From positions 1 through 35,181 of the forward strand of contig NMRA01001250.1 in NCBI GenBank assembly GCA_002633005.1: DNA of 35,181 nt, written 5' to 3'. The stretch is from Phoronis australis (lineage: Eukaryota; Animalia; Phoronida). The translations under genes were made by a program, and so were the position numbers. Shown piece by piece: positions 33,572 through 35,181 of the stretch. Below the pieces are notes generated by a model that was not told the origin of the DNA, made no database searches, and saw only the letters and a program-made list of their open reading frames with translations. The first letter of the stretch is position 1; every line of letters starts with the position of its first letter.

Positions 33572-35181
33572 CTAACACTCCATGTCACTTTCACTGCTTT
33601 CCGTGAAGCTTCCATACAACCCTCCACTTTCCTCTTCTGTGTCCACTTCAAAAACATTGGTGAGCAATAAATCAATCAGTGAGTTTGGTAAGATAGCCCA
33701 ACACGACCACACAGGTTGTACCACCCTTTCATCAGTCCTCATCCACCCTTGTCCTTCGTCACAAGGTTTTGGCTGCTCATTTATAGGTTCAAAAGCACGC
33801 TTGTACAAGGTGATACGGTGATTTACTCGTCGGATGTGAGGTTTCAGTGCAGGCTGGCACGAGGGAAGTCGAGCAAGGTCAATCTTGGACTTGTGATGAT
33901 TTCATCTTCATCAACTCTTTTACGTAACATCTTGGCACCAGTAGCATATTTCGATGACTCACGACTCTGACCGCACATGAGGCAGTTGAACTCATCCAAC
34001 TTACATCCCAATCAACGTCAGGTTGCCTGAATGCAAGGTGAAATTTTGGATTCTTTTCTAGTTTTTTAAGGGGACCCAACCTTTCCTTTACGTTTAAACG
34101 CACAGGTGCAATCTTCTCCAGTGTATACGTAAAATCCAAGTAGAGCTTCACAGTAGTCTTTTCCCACGGATTTTGCTAGGTCGGAGAGATTCAGTAGTCG
34201 CGGATGTTTTCCAGACCCTTTATCAAGATATAAAGTCAACTTTATAGCGTGCCTGCAGCAGAATGACAACGACATCAGTGTCAGGGATTCGGACGAAGTC
34301 GTTTCTGTACCAAGTGTGGCAGCGTACTGGAGGTTACTGTAGATATATGGGATCTCCTGAGAATGAACCGGAAACATCAAATCACTTTTATATTTACATT
34401 ATGACATCGCAAATTAGTTAAGTAAGAAATAATCAGAAAGTTCTGTTCAGGAAAAGATTACAGACTTCATCGCCACAACATGCCCGTCTACAACCAGGAT
34501 GGCCATCTCAGTTTTCTTCTACCTGGAAACTGCCTTCTACCTGGAAACTGCCTTCTCACCACCCCAGATTTGCAGTAACAGTTGACAGAGTTGCTTTTTT
34601 GTCATCGTTTTCAAGAAAATTTTTGAAGTCATATGGCTTTTGTGTAGCTAGTCCAACCAAAATTATTTTCTCTGAACTGCCACGTCACAACCGCTCCTGG
34701 CTTTGAGAGACTCAGGGTGGTAGCTGTCAGTTGAGAACAAGAAGTGCCTCTTCGACACCATTTGATCAAGTACTTGTAAACAGATATTACCACATGTTGG
34801 AGGGAGATTAGCTAACGTATGGAGAAGTGCAAAACCATTTTGGATGAACATATCATCCTCAGAATGTCTTATGACGCAATGTCGTAAAGGAAGATAATGC
34901 AAATGGAGGCTTTGTTGGTTTTGGAAAAAATGCCTGGTGTTCCAAGACTATGGGGCACGGGTGTCAGGCAGGACTTCATGATTTCTGGCATGTTCAATGG
35001 CTCACCCAGTGTCTGGGATTTAACGGATTGTTCTAAAACCCCTTCGACACCCACGACCCCCTCAACCCACAACCCCACGACCTGTGGCAATAGATGCATC
35101 TGCGCTTTTTACACATTTCAAAATCGCATGGCGTCTCGGAGCGACTTTCCCATGAGACTTACCTGCACGAGAATTTGATCT
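33572..35181 (-). pseudogene. Academ-like (AcademX) transposon protein pseudogene, XPG/FEN1-like nuclease region; runs off the window end
   Basis: Frameshifted motifs in order: LTPVPHSLGTPGIFSKTNKA; IQNGFALLHTL...FLFSTDSY...SLK; VRIPDTDVVVIL; LLGFYVYTGEDCTCAFKRKGKVG (H3TH-like); LARLPSCQPALKPHIRRVNHRITLYKRA...GQGW...PVWS; acidic tail. Confidence 0.75.

Overview
This is AT-rich eukaryotic (metazoan) genomic DNA, not a prokaryotic locus. It has spliceosomal GT-AG exons, many decayed transposable elements and two assembly gaps (15818-16496, 27461-27956). A marine invertebrate origin, possibly an echinoderm, is inferred only from repeat style. The one well-supported host gene is a + strand CARD (death-fold) gene. 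Two coding exons (29916/29946-30155 and 32723-32783) splice in frame into a complete ~90-aa CARD, and the gene continues beyond the window through a phase-1 intron holding a decayed Academ-like XPG-nuclease transposon. The rest is mostly TE remains: a Merlin (IS1595-like) transposase pseudogene, a Hero/R2-like retrotransposon cut off by a Kolobok-like THAP element, a LINE 3' end, two TA-flanked TIR elements that each span a gap, hAT-like MITEs, a fold-back pair of tRNA-derived SINE-like units and a 36-bp minisatellite. Clusters of NF-kB, AP-1, CRE and STAT-like motifs next to candidate non-coding exons may belong to the CARD gene. Most ORF-track entries are spurious. I see no clear evidence of a new multi-gene system; the leads below are modest, and all family assignments come from motif recognition by eye, not database searches.
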